Assembly: GCA_043821645.1 (NCBI GenBank)
Contig: JBDRCO010000031.1
Coordinates: forward strand, 1-64,000
Length of the DNA: 64,000 nucleotides
Direction: 5' to 3'
Source of the DNA: Pseudomonadota bacterium
GTDB lineage: Bacteria; Myxococcota; JACRCW01; JAFGSX01
The notes beneath the pieces are model-generated. The model ran no database searches and was not told the origin of the DNA. It saw nothing but the letters and a program-made list of their open reading frames with translations. The number at the start of each line of letters is the position of its first letter. Within the stretch, counting starts at the first letter, position 1. Below are positions 31,001 to 39,865 of this stretch, in pieces. The translations under genes and the position numbers were made by a program.

Positions 31001-31535
31001 GGGCTTCGATCAGGCCTTCAGCACCGCCCTGGCAGGCACGCTGTCCCTGGGCGAGAGGCAGGCAATGGCCGCGGCTTGGAAGACCTCACGGGACCTTGTC
31101 ACGCGCGGAAAAGGGCTCGGACCCCTGGCCCACGCCAACGAGGTGGCGCGGCTGCGCGGGCACCTGGCCAGGGCGCGCACTTTCAAGGCCCTGGACACGG
31201 GTAATTCCGTGGCGGGTGCCATCATGGCCACCCTCGGCGAGTACGAGCAGGCTCGACGTGAGGGGCAGGGGACGGCCGTCACCCTGTTGCGCAGCGCTAC
31301 TGCCGCGGCCGCGAGCTGGGCTTTCAAGGGCGATCCCACGGGCATAGGGGCCGAGCTGGCGCAGCAGCCGATGCGCGTGCTGACCATCATCGGCGGTCGC
31401 TGTACCAGCCGCTCGCAGCTGGCCTACGAGCAGAAGATGCGCGAGAACTGGGCGCTCGGAAACCTGCATAACCTTGGCATCATCATCGACGACGCCACGG
31501 GGCTGAGCGAGCTGCTGGCAGGCGCCTTCGAGTAG
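25026..31535 (+). CDS. RHS/YD-repeat protein with parallel beta-helix, DUF6531-like region, RHS core and unknown C-terminal tip
   Basis: Signal peptide, GGG-rich beta-helix ending AEGNWWG, VGDPVDAATGE, many YD-x-x-GR repeats, and core YSPYG...RLYDAASGRFLTRD...NPYSYAYCDPIRLVDTRG. Start at ATG 25026 behind GGAGG. Confidence 0.9.
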   Translation: MHRLARILGTALVLVLVPPGLHAGSIAYQYDATGRLQRADYGNGRSIVFSYDLNGNLVRRQVVVPAPDAGTTPDGAVVGDSGSTTDAGATLDAAMLVDATLLSDGSALVDAAAVVDATAASDSGTTADVSTSVDTGQRPDAAGTTDLGQADRVSPADSAAALDRWTTADVSSPVDAIVVATDSAGPATGDDDDDDAKVAADGCGCTAQRSGGMHTGIFGLALCALLVRRRRTRLFRLAQRPGAILVAILALAPAARAQLVVPDQYPTIQAAIDAGTGVAHVLVKAGTYDPFSVSGPGHPNLTGLIIEGEDGVIVQGSTTYTVNASQFPLVQLLKLDLSGGTFRVVNFDRVGVVTMEDCTVHDSPGEGIGVYDSDTVLLDHVSVRNTHRYNNGYAVSMNPVGNVIVVGGEYSDNTPSSATAYYGGLGITHGTGGSTAVSGAHFHNNKDTGLYVTSAISVAVHAVEASGNGGSGVLLVARDRVDVTSTVASGNGDNGVSAQADVVVVDDVEVMQNSGAALEVSLPTGTPGVISVHMLDAHDNFSSGAWLSAAYGTIIVENSVVQDNVGTHPGVYLTRFVEATVSGLQVLGNENTSGGGGGMFADPSTNDAVLHVETSLFEDNVTASGGGGLMWEARPRSRLAVCDTVFRHNSTGTNGGGIYSSTTNLALNSSSIALADVDFENNQGNSGAALFATRSCFTELQGGSVTGHTENPSTANSSALWFDTPARVSGVSIQGNSTDFDLEVGAKPSSAVDDYDLDAEGNWWGTTDLAQIAARIRDRADLSNRMRARYVQPLGAAPAAMGEGCHLVSCLGARMPLPVARDRGLQPSVGDPVDAATGELLLEETDLAFDGPLPLVWVRHHRTWLDLDALADGPLGNGWRHGFEYQLNVQGAVAVLTTPRGQIYRFIERDDGSWTLPDTEPEPLDLYLLSDGTLVVDPLSGQVQRFDAAGALVSVEDRSGNALTLEYTSGTLTHVEDGRGHRIDLEYSAGALTRLVASDGREVLYDVVGNNLVGVTDAEGGLTQYAYDNSGLLTRITSTTRPDGVVAWTQTFNSLGRVTQQRDGENRLTTIGYNTPSSGITRVTDAASARTHLTHLEERALTLHANPAGDAVTLSHDLSWRLVQITDRMGTTSTVSYDATRRVPATLSGPNGGTVQLQYQDQVQNIAGVDLRFTSPSRIDYPDGTHVSLTRDAVGRVTGLVDRTGETWTLSYNSRGQIAQVDDPAGLSESYTYDTDGNLTEVNGASTWTHDAAGRVTRIAHDDGAQVDLEYDALDRLTRVVDIDGRWVELAYDAAGELVGVSDTTGHGLGVTRDASGKVMAIVDRAGRSVDVTRDAVGRVATLTDAAGTTWQLTRNSNGAITEVTDSSGQVWALGRDAEGRVVGVDTPLGRHYELGLDLAGSLRSVSGPRGHLLSIARDALGQVESLLAPDGMRVAYTRQGGLITQALADSGESLLLVHDAAQRLAQLIDPLGSSWGFELRDLGGSLRSTDPLGRSRDLVFNARGQVESILFADAAQANLSYDHAGRLAHWQSSDGSDLTLAYDDLGRLTQAGDLSLSYNAVGQPLARTHQGVTVLAGYDDGRRLESLDVGGVLTVTYTYDTQDRLVSVSDDLGGASMGFEYDDDGRLVRETRSNGVATDWSWDTGSRLLSLVHGSLATLAYAYDEVGRVTGVDVSAPLDAEPSLVADDATWSHDAASQIVHSSYGSDARGRAVLVDDVAIAYDDADLATHLGSVELVHDALGNLVERVDGAVRVHLLTHPALGLHSVVAERDADTGLWLRFYVLTPGGRLLYSVSPLGEVRFYHGDRSGHVLLLSDGAGAVSDAYAYSPYGRLLGHVGSSDQPYTYAGLYGGRRAGVGELYHMGDRLYDAASGRFLTRDAIWPGPALPWAVNPYSYAYCDPIRLVDTRGTSAVDPASPDRATPLELMASQAPGLEPAASDMLDELAGDNASLRKWLRANPGLADLLAPADCPSCRKALSVAPGLKPVPTSLGFDQAFSTALAGTLSLGERQAMAAAWKTSRDLVTRGKGLGPLAHANEVARLRGHLARARTFKALDTGNSVAGAIMATLGEYEQARREGQGTAVTLLRSATAAAASWAFKGDPTGIGAELAQQPMRVLTIIGGRCTSRSQLAYEQKMRENWALGNLHNLGIIIDDATGLSELLAGAFE

Positions 31536-31644
31536 TGCACCGAGTGGCGATTGCCCGCTGCGTTGGGCGAACTGTTCAGTGAGGAGTCAAGGGTCGAGGG
31601 CGTAAGCCGGGGAGGGGGCGAGCGGTGTTTCGTTGGCTGGGAGG

Positions 31645-32250
31645 CTAGCGGTGACCCTGGCCGTTGCCGCGCCCGTTGCTCTTGCCCTTGTTGCGCTCGT
31701 CGTGACGCCCGTCATTTCGACCGTTTTGACGCGACCCTTGGTACGCCGGCTGCTGGGCAGGGCGAGCGTTGACACGGGCATACTGGCTGGGATGCCGGGC
31801 ATGGCTCCGCTCTCGCTCCTGCCAGTATCGGTACTGGGCCTGGCGATACACGGGCCGGTTGCGTACGTCGTAGCGGACCTGGTTGTGCCACTGCCGGCAC
31901 GCGGAGCGGTAGCCCTGGTAGCAGGCATAGGCGTAGCTGTAGGCGAACTGTGTGCGCACCACGGGCACGGTGGCCGGGTAGTATAAAAGCCACTGGTCGC
32001 CGTCCTGGTAGGTCACGTACAGCTGGTCGTCGACGATGGTCCACCAGTTGCCGGCGTCGTAGAACATCGCCAGGTCACCGCCGTAGTAGCTGGCGCGGAA
32101 CAAGGGCAGCACGAGCTGCGGTGCGTGGGCGTGGATGGAAACCTGGCCAGCAGGGCGAACGTAAACTTGGGCCTGCGCGGGACGCGCGCTCAGCATCAGT
32201 GCTCCCAGGGCCAGCGCAGCGATGGTGGCGAGGGTCAGTGGGCGTGTCAT
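31645..32250 (-). CDS. Secreted Tyr-rich hypothetical protein with G/N/R-rich tail
   Basis: AAGGAGG RBS, signal peptide ending AQA-Q, GC3-rich codons. Confidence 0.7.
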   Translation of the reverse strand: MTRPLTLATIAALALGALMLSARPAQAQVYVRPAGQVSIHAHAPQLVLPLFRASYYGGDLAMFYDAGNWWTIVDDQLYVTYQDGDQWLLYYPATVPVVRTQFAYSYAYACYQGYRSACRQWHNQVRYDVRNRPVYRQAQYRYWQERERSHARHPSQYARVNARPAQQPAYQGSRQNGRNDGRHDERNKGKSNGRGNGQGHR

Positions 32251-32358
32251 GAGATCCTCCTTGTCCATGGCGCGGTCCGGTTTGGGTCTGAGTGTTCCGC
32301 GCTCTGCCGGTGAGACGCGGCCTGCGATGGGAGATTCATCGGAGCACTGTGAGGCGGC

Positions 32359-32374
32359 GCACAGGGGTCGCCAA
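32359..32374 (-). promoter_or_regulatory. Possible sigma54 promoter for the 32250 gene
   Basis: TTGGCGACCCCTGTGC has GG-N10-GC spacing but is a weaker consensus match. Confidence 0.3.
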
Positions 32375-32468
32375 AGAGCTGTCCCGCCGCTGGCTTGCAC
32401 TCCCGATGGGGTTGGCACAAGCTCGCCGGGCTGTGCAGCATCAGACGCCGCATCAGAGGTGCAGGACC

Positions 32469-33290
32469 ATGCGTGGGCCATCAGGTGTTGGACTTCTGTT
32501 TGCCTTGCTGTGGCTGACGAGTTCTCCACTGCGAGCTCAGGGTGACGAGTTTGTGCCCTTCGAAAACTCGTCGCCCGCAGCCACTCCCGGACAGCCTGAT
32601 CCCGGGGTTTCGGCTCAGCCACCGCAGACACCAAACTCACCTGTCGCGCAGCCGCCTCCTGCAGCATCGCCCGTACCGAGCACGCCACCGGAGGTGGGCA
32701 CTCCGCCGCAGCTCGACCCTGCTCCGGGGGCTCCGGTCAAGCAGGGCATGCCCGATCCCGTCGTGTGGCTCGCCCAGTGCGGCACGGCCTGCGTGGTACC
32801 CATGATCGCGGGCAACCTGGCCATCATTCCTGGCCTCGGGCAGGTGCTGGTGTTTCTGATCCCTGCTCTCAACGGTTTTTTGGTGCAGGTCGTGGGGGAC
32901 GCCCTGAGTGGTCGCAAGACCTCCCCCTGGGCCGCGATCATCGGCGCCTACATCGGCCAGTTCTGTGTCATGCCGGTGTGCACCACTGCCGGTGTGGCGA
33001 CCTTCCTGGCCCTGTACCTGGGTGGTGCGCTGGCGGTTCTCGGCGTGGCCACCCAGACAGGTGGGTTGAATCCTCTCACCATTGGATTCTGGATAGGCCT
33101 CGGAGCTATCGGCGGTGTGGCGCTGGGCCTCGCCATCGTCGCTGGCCAGGCCACCTCGGCGGTCATTCCCGTCGTGGCCCACGCACTGTTCGCCCGCGAT
33201 GAGAACGCACCCGCCGCTTCAGAAAGCGGCCAGGCCGAACGCAAGGCCGTCACCACGACCCCGGCGGTCGCTGGTGGAATGGCCTATTGA
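32469..33290 (+). CDS. Membrane protein with signal peptide, Pro-rich linker and 3-4 TM helices
   Basis: Hydrophobic N-terminus, P/Q-rich region, Gly-rich hydrophobic helices. Confidence 0.65.
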   Translation: MRGPSGVGLLFALLWLTSSPLRAQGDEFVPFENSSPAATPGQPDPGVSAQPPQTPNSPVAQPPPAASPVPSTPPEVGTPPQLDPAPGAPVKQGMPDPVVWLAQCGTACVVPMIAGNLAIIPGLGQVLVFLIPALNGFLVQVVGDALSGRKTSPWAAIIGAYIGQFCVMPVCTTAGVATFLALYLGGALAVLGVATQTGGLNPLTIGFWIGLGAIGGVALGLAIVAGQATSAVIPVVAHALFARDENAPAASESGQAERKAVTTTPAVAGGMAY

Positions 33291-33327
33291 GGACGAGCTT
33301 GTTTGAGCCGCCGGGCCGGCCATCGAA

Positions 33328-33543
33328 TCAACTCGCGCGACGCCGTTGCTCCAGGATCGCTTGCTGGATTCGGCTCAGCATCGCGTGCGGTGCAGCGCGA
33401 CCGCAGGTACCCATGCTTCCCTGAGGCATGCACAGGCGCCGGCACCACTGGTGCGTGTTGCGATGCAGGGTGCAACCCGGAATCCTCGACCGGAATGTGC
33501 GGCCTCGGACGTCATCGCTGACAGGCTTGAGCAACTTCTTCAT
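33328..33543 (-). CDS. Small Cys/His-rich protein (71 aa), possibly metal-binding
   Basis: AGGAGG 9 nt before ATG. Sequence MKKLLKP...GCTLHRNTHQWCRRLC...CGRAAPH. Confidence 0.6.
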   Translation of the reverse strand: MKKLLKPVSDDVRGRTFRSRIPGCTLHRNTHQWCRRLCMPQGSMGTCGRAAPHAMLSRIQQAILEQRRRAS

Positions 33544-33733
33544 ATGAGCACACCTCCTGCACCGATAGTGATGCCCATGTAACGGCCGAGGGTATGCGCG
33601 CAAGCCACTTTTTTTCGGCGGATATCGGCCACCTGTGAACCGGATGAGCCAGTGCTACCCGCGTCCGGGTCCTCGGCCTCGGTCAACCACATGAAATAAG
33701 GATGCCTTCAACACAAGGCGCGGCTCCCCGCAG

Positions 33734-33749
33734 TGGCACAGCGATTGCT
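33734..33749 (+). promoter_or_regulatory. sigma54 -24/-12 promoter
   Basis: TGGCACAGCGATTGCT is a near-perfect TGGCAC-N5-TTGCW, about 130 nt upstream of the 33881 start. Confidence 0.8.
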
Positions 33750-33880
33750 CAAGGTCTGCTCCGACTCCGTCCGGATTCCTTCGCGGGAAGGGACACCCGG
33801 GATGTGCAGTCAAGGAACGACAGCAGGCCGGTACTGAGACTCTTCAGGATTTCTCATCCTTATGGTGCGTGGAGGACGAC

Positions 33881-36800
33881 GTGAACAAGGTGCGCTGGCT
33901 TCAAGGGGGACTCGCCTGTGTCGTGTTGCTGACCACGGTGCGCTGCGCCCAGGAGCGCGAGCCCATCAACCGTGTGCAGGCCAACGTGATGCCCAAGAGC
34001 TTCTTCGTGGGCGAGGATCTGGCCGACATCGCGGATGACCCCGAGTTCTACCTGCGTGGCACCGTCATCGACGTTGGCTACGGCGCCGCCCAGGATGGGC
34101 TGTTCACCTCGACCTACGCCCAGCCCGTGTCGAGGGTGCGCTGGGAGATCACCGAGAACTTCCTCAACGCCCGGCTGGCCTACGAGCGCATCGAGGGCAC
34201 CGACGGCAAGGGTGAGAAGATCGACGGTCTGCGCAAGAAGACCTCGAACGACGGCCAGATCGTGGCCAGCTACCGCGTCGAGTCGCACTTCGACATCGCG
34301 CCGGCCTACAACCCCATCACCGGCGAGGAAATGAACGTCATCGAGGAGAACACCAGCGACCGGCCGTGGTACGAGCGCCAGTACCTGCGCGTGGACTGGT
34401 CCATGAACCACGCAACGCATGCGTATGACTTCGACACCCTGGCCATGATCGGCATCTACGGCGGGGTGCAGTATGAACCCCTGGCCTTCACGGTGCAGGA
34501 CCCCAACGACGAGAACGCTCCCTTTGTGGACCTCGACAACGGCTACATGGACGTCACCAACAAGGCCTTTGCCACGCCGCAGCTCATCGACCTGTCGAGC
34601 CTGGGCTGGGGCATGGACAAGTTCCCGGCCTGCATGCTGCCCGGAGAATTTGCCGGCGGCTCCCAGCCCTCGGGCAACTGCAACCCGGTCGAGATCACCA
34701 TACGGCAGTCGTTCAAGCGCGTGCACGACACCGACTACGAGCCCGTGAACTACGACGGCATTCGTTTTCAGGCCTACGGCATCTTCAATTTCAGCTACCG
34801 CTACGGCTACGAGCGCAACTACGGCATGGTCGACGACAAGTGGTTCCGCTTCGCCGCGCGCTACAACATCTGGGAGCGCTCGCACTACTATGACGACGCC
34901 GCCAGCATGACCGGGCCGGTGGTCTGCGCCAGTCGTGAGACCACCGAGATCGCCACCGGCAATCCCGGCGCCGATCCCAACCGCGATGACAACCGCGAGG
35001 GCACGGCCGACGAGTGCGAGGCGGTGACCGAGCGCAGCAGCTATCCGGGGTCACAATGCGATGTGTTCAAGGGCCGCTGCACCCTGCCAGTGCGTGCCCG
35101 CCAGCCCAAAACCATCCCCTGGTACATCGGGGGCAAGACCGATCCCGATCTGTTCGAGGCCACCAACTGGGCGACCCTGGAGTGGGACCTGAGCATGAAG
35201 ACGGCGATCCAGGTGTCGCGCCTGGTCGAGTGCCGGCGCACCAACGACGGCGACTGCTCAGCCCAGTACCCGATGTGGACGGGCCAGCAGGAGGACTTCG
35301 ATGAGGCCGTGAAGATCTCGCGCGAGCTCGATAGCTGTCGCCGCGCCAATGGCTACAGTGCTCGCTCCTGCCTCGACGAGGTGGACCGCATGGTGGCCGA
35401 GCTCGCCGACGAGCGGGGTGACGCCAACGACGCCAACGCCCGTGCCATCGGTGAGGTGGTCAAGCTGCAGCCCATGTTCGTGCTCTGCCACAACCCGGTG
35501 GCGGCCACGGATCACCCGGCCTGCGGCGTCCCTGGTCTGAAGCCACGCCTGGGCGACCTGCGCTACAACACCGTGCTCATCATCGACAAGCCGCAGAGTC
35601 CCTCGTCGTGGGGCATCATGGTGGACGCCGACGATCCGGTCACGGGAGAGAAGATCGCGGCCAGCATCAATATCTGGGACCACGTCACGGACCTGGCGGT
35701 GCAAGGCCTGGTGGATCTGGTGCGCTATGCCAATGGCGAGCTGAGCACCGAGGAGATCACCAATGGCAACTACGTGCGCGACTGGGCGGCGGCGGTGCGT
35801 CTGGCCAGCGGTGGCCAGGGTGGCGCCACCCTGAGCAAGAACGACGTGAACGAGCGCCTGGCAGCATCCACCAAGCTCGATGGGCGAGCCTTCGCAGAGT
35901 TGACCCGCGGCGGGCTCAGCGCCGAGCTCAAGATGCAGCTGCGACCGACCTACAACCAGGCACAGGACGTCGCCATCCGCGCCGGTACGCCCTCGGTGCA
36001 GCAGAACGTGGCCCAGACCCGCATGCGCCAGGCGCGCGGCACCCACGTCGAGACGGAGCTGCTCAACCCGGCCATGCTGCAGGCTGCGGGTGTGCCCGGC
36101 GACCTGGCGGTGGACGGTCCTGTGGCCGACCTGACCTCGCCCCTTCGTCTGAATAACCCCCAGCTCGTGTCGCGGCTCCGGCAGGCCCGGGAAAATGCCC
36201 TGGCCGCGCGTGGTGCCTGCATCCTGCACGAGGCCCCCGAGCCGTCGGGGATCAGCGGCCTGGCCGACATCCTCGCCAAGAAGTTCCCGGCGGTGGCCGG
36301 GGAGTCTGACAGCCAGCAGCGCGAGCGCTACGAGAAGATGCACCGCTACCTCAAGCGGCGCTTCCAATACAGTGTCATCATCCACGAGATGGGGCACTCG
36401 GTGGGGCACCGGCACAACTTCGTCAGCTCGTCAGCTCCGCTGTTCTACCGGCCCCAGTACTGGCAGCTTCGCACCAAGAACGGCCGGGTCACGCGCGAGT
36501 GCACCGACGCCGTCAGCGACGGCAGCGGCTGCGTGGGTCCGCGCTACTACGACCCGATCACCACCGAGGAGCAGTCGCAGATGATCTGGATGTTCATGCA
36601 CTCCAGCGTCATGGACTACCCCGGCGATGTGTCCCAGGACACCATGGGGCTCGGGGTGTGGGACGTGGCCGCCACCCGCATGTTCTACGGTGACAACGCC
36701 GCCGTGTACGCCGACACCGCGCGCTACGGTGCCGCCACCAACGTCGGCATCGGCATCACCAACGCCACCGACACCTTCGGCGGACTGGTCGGAATCAAGT

Positions 36801-38767
36801 ACATGACCGGTGGCTCGGCGCTCACCGGCCCCGAGGACATTCACTACTCGCAGCTGCAAAAGGAGTACGGCGTGATCGAGGGTTGTCGCGATGTGACACC
36901 CGCAGCCCCGCCGTCCTGGGACGAGGACATCGACGGCGTCTGGGATCCGCTGCTCGACGGTCGGGTGGTCGCCATCGATGGGACCTTCAGCAAGTGCCGG
37001 CAGCCCCGCGTGGACTACGTGGCCTGGAACGATCTACGCATGCCCTCCACCCGCGAGATCGGAGGCGGCTACTACCGCGGCGGTCCGTCGGTGGACCGTC
37101 AGAACCGGCTGCGCGTCCCCTACGCCTTCGCGTCGGACAACTGGGCCGACCTCGGCAATGCCAGCGTGTATCGCCATGACAACGGTGGTGACCCCTACGA
37201 GATCGCGCAGTTCCTGATCACGACCCAGGAGAACCGCCACATCCTCGACAACTTCAGGCGCAACCGCACCACCTTTGACGTGCGCGCGGCCAAGAACAGG
37301 GGCTACAGCCGCTACAACGAGAAGCTGCTCGGCCTGGCGAGCGCCCTTGGTTTCTACAGCAACATCTACAAGAACTTCGCGGCCAGCCAGGGCTACACCT
37401 TTGACACCCTGTGGCCCTTCATCGTGGACTGGCAGGTGCGAGACAACATGATCGCCGCCTCGGTGGTGTTCGATCACTTCGTGCGTCAGCTGGTGCGGCC
37501 CGAGGACGGCGAGCACTTTGCCCTGAGCGCGGGGTACGACGACAAGGTGCTGCGCTCGAGCAAGGACCCCGAGGGCAACGCCGGCGTGACCAAGGTCGTG
37601 GTGCCCAACGGCACCACCGGCTACTTCCGGGACCTCGGCTTCGGCGGTCATCCCCTGGAGAACGCCCTGAGCGAGGACAACGGCGATTTTGACACCGACT
37701 ACACGATGAATGCGGGCAGCTATTACGAGAAGATCAACGTCGCCATCCTGCTCAGCGAGAGCGAGGATCGCTTCATCAGTCAGAGTCGTGGCGACTTCTA
37801 CGACGCCCGTGGTCGCGCCGCCGGCATGGCTGACGTGTTCCCCGAGGGCTGGCGCCGCGTGCTGGCCAATGCCCTGACCGGCGACCGCAGCATCATGGCG
37901 CCGCAGATCGCCGCCGATGCCCAGGGCAACCCCTTGCTCGACGTCACCGCGGACACCCGCGTGGACTCCATGGCGCGCTCCTACCCGGCTCGTCCCATCG
38001 GCTGGACCAGCTGGTGGCCGCGCACGGGTCCCATGACCTGCTTCCCCTCCCAGGGGCGCAACGTGTGCGCGCCCTATCGAGGCTTCGCGGGCGCGTTCGA
38101 CCCCGAGCTGCCGGCCCGTACCATAGGCGTGGACCCGCAGATAGGCTGGGAAGTGCAGAAGTTCCTCATCGCCTGGACCCTGGCCTACATCCCGGCCAAC
38201 CAGCGCACCAGCTGGATAGACCTCATGCGCATCTACCGCGTGGGCGAGAACACCTCGCAGGACTTCGAGCAGCGCATCGAGTGGCAGGACCCGGTGAGTG
38301 GTCAGCTGTATTACGCGCTGAGCGTCGGCAGCGAATGTCTGTTCGGCAGTGGCGCGAGCTGCCAGGGTGGCAAGATCGTCGAGAAGGGCATCGCTGCCCG
38401 CATCCTCGAATTCGCCAACGCGTTGACAGCGCGCGGCTTCGAGCTGGACACGGTCAACTACCCGGCCACCAACAAGCGCCCCGCCGGCTTCAATGCTTAT
38501 GGGCGCGCCATGGTGCAGCACCACCCCGATGGCAACCCCGTCGTGATCCCGGACCCAGGTCTGGTGGAGATCACGCCCACCGGAGATAACGGCACGCCAC
38601 CCGAGGCCTGCAACCAGAACGAGGACCCGGGCTGCAGGCAGCTCACGATCTTTGACAACCACTGGGCCTACGAGCTGTCCGGCTACAAGTCCGTGCCCGA
38701 CTACCTGTGGGAGGTCCTGCGCGTGTACCAGCTCGCCTCTCCAGACCAGCTGGGGCTCTATCCCTGA
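33881..38767 (+). CDS. Very large Cys-containing lipoprotein with zinc-metalloprotease (metzincin-like) motif
   Basis: GTG behind GGAGG, signal ending TTVRC, HEMGHSVGHRHNF (HExxHxxGxxH), and SSVMDY Met-turn. Confidence 0.8.
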   Translation: MNKVRWLQGGLACVVLLTTVRCAQEREPINRVQANVMPKSFFVGEDLADIADDPEFYLRGTVIDVGYGAAQDGLFTSTYAQPVSRVRWEITENFLNARLAYERIEGTDGKGEKIDGLRKKTSNDGQIVASYRVESHFDIAPAYNPITGEEMNVIEENTSDRPWYERQYLRVDWSMNHATHAYDFDTLAMIGIYGGVQYEPLAFTVQDPNDENAPFVDLDNGYMDVTNKAFATPQLIDLSSLGWGMDKFPACMLPGEFAGGSQPSGNCNPVEITIRQSFKRVHDTDYEPVNYDGIRFQAYGIFNFSYRYGYERNYGMVDDKWFRFAARYNIWERSHYYDDAASMTGPVVCASRETTEIATGNPGADPNRDDNREGTADECEAVTERSSYPGSQCDVFKGRCTLPVRARQPKTIPWYIGGKTDPDLFEATNWATLEWDLSMKTAIQVSRLVECRRTNDGDCSAQYPMWTGQQEDFDEAVKISRELDSCRRANGYSARSCLDEVDRMVAELADERGDANDANARAIGEVVKLQPMFVLCHNPVAATDHPACGVPGLKPRLGDLRYNTVLIIDKPQSPSSWGIMVDADDPVTGEKIAASINIWDHVTDLAVQGLVDLVRYANGELSTEEITNGNYVRDWAAAVRLASGGQGGATLSKNDVNERLAASTKLDGRAFAELTRGGLSAELKMQLRPTYNQAQDVAIRAGTPSVQQNVAQTRMRQARGTHVETELLNPAMLQAAGVPGDLAVDGPVADLTSPLRLNNPQLVSRLRQARENALAARGACILHEAPEPSGISGLADILAKKFPAVAGESDSQQRERYEKMHRYLKRRFQYSVIIHEMGHSVGHRHNFVSSSAPLFYRPQYWQLRTKNGRVTRECTDAVSDGSGCVGPRYYDPITTEEQSQMIWMFMHSSVMDYPGDVSQDTMGLGVWDVAATRMFYGDNAAVYADTARYGAATNVGIGITNATDTFGGLVGIKYMTGGSALTGPEDIHYSQLQKEYGVIEGCRDVTPAAPPSWDEDIDGVWDPLLDGRVVAIDGTFSKCRQPRVDYVAWNDLRMPSTREIGGGYYRGGPSVDRQNRLRVPYAFASDNWADLGNASVYRHDNGGDPYEIAQFLITTQENRHILDNFRRNRTTFDVRAAKNRGYSRYNEKLLGLASALGFYSNIYKNFAASQGYTFDTLWPFIVDWQVRDNMIAASVVFDHFVRQLVRPEDGEHFALSAGYDDKVLRSSKDPEGNAGVTKVVVPNGTTGYFRDLGFGGHPLENALSEDNGDFDTDYTMNAGSYYEKINVAILLSESEDRFISQSRGDFYDARGRAAGMADVFPEGWRRVLANALTGDRSIMAPQIAADAQGNPLLDVTADTRVDSMARSYPARPIGWTSWWPRTGPMTCFPSQGRNVCAPYRGFAGAFDPELPARTIGVDPQIGWEVQKFLIAWTLAYIPANQRTSWIDLMRIYRVGENTSQDFEQRIEWQDPVSGQLYYALSVGSECLFGSGASCQGGKIVEKGIAARILEFANALTARGFELDTVNYPATNKRPAGFNAYGRAMVQHHPDGNPVVIPDPGLVEITPTGDNGTPPEACNQNEDPGCRQLTIFDNHWAYELSGYKSVPDYLWEVLRVYQLASPDQLGLYP

Positions 38768-38831
38768 TTTTGTCGATGTGCGGGAACGACCGGGAGGGGC
38801 TGTCCGCTCTCTCCCCGATCGGAGGCAGAAG

Positions 38832-39833
38832 ATGACACATCGACATGCAAGGCTGGCGCTGGTGCCTCTCGCGGTGCTGCTCCTGGCGGCCACTGCCACA
38901 GCCGCGTCCATCGCGGACCAGGCGACCACCTCGACCTCGCCCTATCGCGACTCGCGGGTGAAGCTGCGCAGCGACGTGCGGGCCACCAGCCTGGTCCAGG
39001 GCGCCGAGCTCACCTACAACCCCTACGTCGCGCTCAATACCGAGATGCGCCTGTCCTGGTGGTTCACGGAGCACCTGTATGCCGTGGGTACCATCGACAT
39101 CACACGCGAGCTCACCGAGGCGGACGCCAACACCGCACGCGGAGAGTGGGAGGCCGGTGACGGCGTGATCAACGCCGGGCACGACCTGCTGTGGACGGAC
39201 CCCTGGCTCGGGCTCGAGTTCGCGGCCGAGGCCGAGCTCGTGCTGCCCACCAGCAAGGTCGCCTGGGCCCAGACCCTGGTCGCCGAGACCGCAGCCAACC
39301 TGAGCGTGAGCCGCAGCTTTGACGTGTGGGAGGGCATCATCGTCGGCTACACCCTGCGCCCGGGCAAGGCCTGGCACCGCTACACCACGGCGGAGAACGC
39401 GGGCTCGAGCGTCGGCGACTGTGCCAACTCGGCCGGAGGCTGCGGGCGCTTCGTCAACTCGGGCGAGCGCAACGCCAGCTGGTCCCTGACCAATGATCTG
39501 GTGGTGCAGGTCGCCCCCACCGAGTGGCTCAAGCTCATCGGACGGGTCGGCACGGTCACGGGCTTTCTCTACCCGCGCGCCGAGGTCCCCGGCATCTCGT
39601 ACCGGGTTGCGGATCCGGTGGATGCGCGCTTTCTCAACTACTACCAGCTGGGTGCACGCTTCAATCCGATCAAGGCGCTGGGCATCACGGTGGGCACCAG
39701 TACCACCAACCCGCAGCTGGCACCGGATGGCGGCTACTACATGCCCTTCTTCAACCGCTACACGCGACTCTTCGTGGACCTGCGCCTGGACCTGGCCGAG
39801 TCGGTCAAGCTGGCGCGGCAGATAGAGCTGTAG
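38832..39833 (+). CDS. Secreted protein, probable outer-membrane beta-barrel
   Basis: GGAGG RBS, signal peptide, alternating hydrophobic beta-strand pattern (e.g. RLFVDLRLDL). Confidence 0.55.
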   Translation: MTHRHARLALVPLAVLLLAATATAASIADQATTSTSPYRDSRVKLRSDVRATSLVQGAELTYNPYVALNTEMRLSWWFTEHLYAVGTIDITRELTEADANTARGEWEAGDGVINAGHDLLWTDPWLGLEFAAEAELVLPTSKVAWAQTLVAETAANLSVSRSFDVWEGIIVGYTLRPGKAWHRYTTAENAGSSVGDCANSAGGCGRFVNSGERNASWSLTNDLVVQVAPTEWLKLIGRVGTVTGFLYPRAEVPGISYRVADPVDARFLNYYQLGARFNPIKALGITVGTSTTNPQLAPDGGYYMPFFNRYTRLFVDLRLDLAESVKLARQIEL

Positions 39834-39865
39834 ACCGCCCTGCGCTGCCACCCACCAGTGTTCGA

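Noticed and set aside
31551-31772. Short ORF after the RHS gene as an immunity protein
   Set aside because: TTG start with no clear RBS, and it overlaps the 3' end of a better-supported minus-strand gene.
32412-32427. TTGGCACAAGCTCGC as a sigma54 promoter
   Set aside because: GG-to-GC spacing is 9, not 10.
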